This document shows positions 62,383-64,000 of a stretch of DNA of 64,000 nt, piece after piece; position 1 is the stretch's first letter, and the number at the start of each line of letters is the position of its first letter. The DNA is taken from positions 168,454,001-168,518,000 of the forward strand of contig NC_042999.1 in NCBI RefSeq assembly GCF_006345805.1, read 5' to 3'. The stretch is from Octopus sinensis. Taxonomy: Eukaryota. Under the pieces are notes generated by a model, which ran no database searches, had not been told where the DNA came from, and saw nothing but the letters and a program-made list of their open reading frames with translations. The translations under genes were made by a program, and so were the position numbers.

Positions 62383-62444
62383 TTGACTTTGGAAGCAATC
62401 TTAACATGGCTTAAATCTTCTTCAAGATTGGTAATTTCTGGAAA
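62383..62444 (-). CDS. DAAM: DAAM formin exon (FH2)
   Basis: 62 nt, phase 0 to 2; FPEITNLEEDLSHVKIASKV(N); TTAACAG| and |GTAAGT. Upstream exons lie beyond the window. Confidence 0.88.
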
Positions 62445-63152
62445 CTGTTAAGAATAATATTAAAATATTGATTTATTTTAATTACACATAGCCCAATTTT
62501 GAAAAAAATTAGGACTAAAAGGATGTAAGCAAAGTCTGAACTAAATACTGTATTGTTTTCATTCAGTTAATTGTTGAAATATGTGTGATATTGAAAAGCT
62601 ACATAGATTTGCTACAGGAATACTTTGTGAGTACAACAGCAACTCAGAGACTTCATGATTTTGAATAGCTGCAATATTATGGCAAGTAACATGTTGTCTT
62701 CATTTGAAAGATGACCACTTTGTAACACATTATTCAGAAATTCTATCTCTTTTTTTCTCATTAGCAGCAGAATAAGTAATATCAGAATAAAAAGAAAAGG
62801 ATTATTTTGTCCCTCTAGAATGCACTGGAAACTTAAGAATTGCTTGGAGGTCCTCAAAAGTTGTAACAGAATCATTTTACATATATCACTTTGGTTATTA
62901 AGTGATAATATTACTGAAGTGGACAGGTGAGAGTACTGCCATAATGAAGGTTAAGGAAAAGCAGAAAGTCAAATAAAAAGGAACATGGACCTGACAGTAG
63001 AAAGCTGAGTTTAACTGTGGATGTGTAAAGTGAGGGCTGAAAGAACTATCAAGTGGTGAGATGAGGAATGAGAACAACTTCGGAAAAGTGAGATGAAAAA
63101 TGAGGGCAACTACAAGAAAGGTGAAATGTAGGATAAGTACAAAAGATGAATG

Positions 63153-64000
63153 TATCGGATTGTCCAGAAAGTTCGTGCTGATTTTTAAAGGAAAGAAAAA
63201 GGTCAATAAATACTTGCCATTACATTTTTAATCAACCAAATATAAACCATTTTGTTGCACAATCCGTCTCCATCTTTCCTTTAACTTGAAAATACCCTCT
63301 TCCCAGAATTGAGGTGGTTTCATGGCAAAGAATTCAACAAGGTATCTTTTTACATCATCCAAGGAATTGAAATTTTTACCATTAAGACTATTCTGCAGAG
63401 ACCTGAATAAGTGGAAATCCGAAGGAGCAATATCTGGTGAATATGGAGGGTGGGGAAACACATCCCAGCCAAGCTGCAGCAATTTTTGTCTGGTTCCCAA
63501 AGAAACGTGCGGTTTTGCAATATCATGTTGGGAAACAACACTCTTCCTGTTGGCCAATTCTGGACATTTCTCTTGAATTGCTGCTTTTAACTTGTCCAGT
63601 TGTGTGCAGTATTTCTCAGAATTAATTGTCTGGTTACTTGGGAGAAGTACAGAATTCCTTTCCAATCCCACCAGACACAAAGCAAGATTTTTAAGGTTGA
63701 AACCCACTTTTGAGGTGGCTCATGTCGCTTACTCCAGGATCGCTTTCTCTGAACATTTCGGTAGATAATCCATTTCTCATCACCTGTCACAATTTGCTTT
63801 AAAAAAGGCGCATTTTCATTCCGTTTATAAAGCGAATCACAGATGGAAATGCGATCCAAAAGGTTCTTCTCACTCAACTCATGTGGTACCCAAACATCGT
63901 AGCCATTTGGGTACCCAAGCTTTATGAGGTGCTCATGAACGACGGATTTTGATAGGTTGAGGCTTTCTGCCAATTCTCGGGTTTTGCAATGTGGGTTATT
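63153..64000 (-). mobile_element. mariner (DD34D) transposon, frameshifted; runs off the window
   Basis: WVPHEL, IVTGDEKW, LLCVWWDWKG and HPPYSPDIAPSDFHLF motifs; TA followed by a TIR-like TCGGATTGTCCAGAAAGTTCG at 63155. Confidence 0.92.

Noticed and set aside
62612-62875. Additional DAAM exon
   Set aside because: There is no FH2-like sequence and no convincing splice sites; the next exon is probably beyond the window.

Overview
AT-rich, intron-containing eukaryotic DNA, most probably from a coleoid cephalopod (Octopus-type SINEs and very large TA microsatellites; inference). Two host genes face each other tail-to-tail. On + is the 3' part of an IL-17-receptor-like gene: Ser/Thr stalk exon, TM exon, 45-nt exon and a large terminal exon with a SEFIR domain and a CAA-rich polyQ tract. 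On - are the last six coding exons of a DAAM-type formin (FH2 end plus DAD motif). The ~40 kb between them, and the introns, hold RTE and CR1/L2-type LINEs, Penelope-like elements (PLEs), SINEs, Tc1, mariner and MULE relics, Helitron-like elements and MITEs. The most notable signal is a set of minimal type I hammerhead ribozymes (HHRs) with palindromic helix III. One family sits in a non-coding ~363-bp monomer. It occurs as a 4.6-copy tandem array (30581-32261) and as a diverged 1.2-copy insertion (39573-40014). It has a non-canonical U3-A8 core supported by compensatory changes. The array's 5' end maps within ~5 nt of the predicted self-cleavage site, where it folds back into a 163-bp palindrome. 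Both insertions join TA repeats at nearly the same 3' nucleotide. This looks like a retrozyme-like (non-autonomous, ribozyme-processed, possibly circular RNA) element. A near-complete PLE with its own HHR 4 kb away is a candidate mobiliser. All calls were made by eye without searches or folding software.
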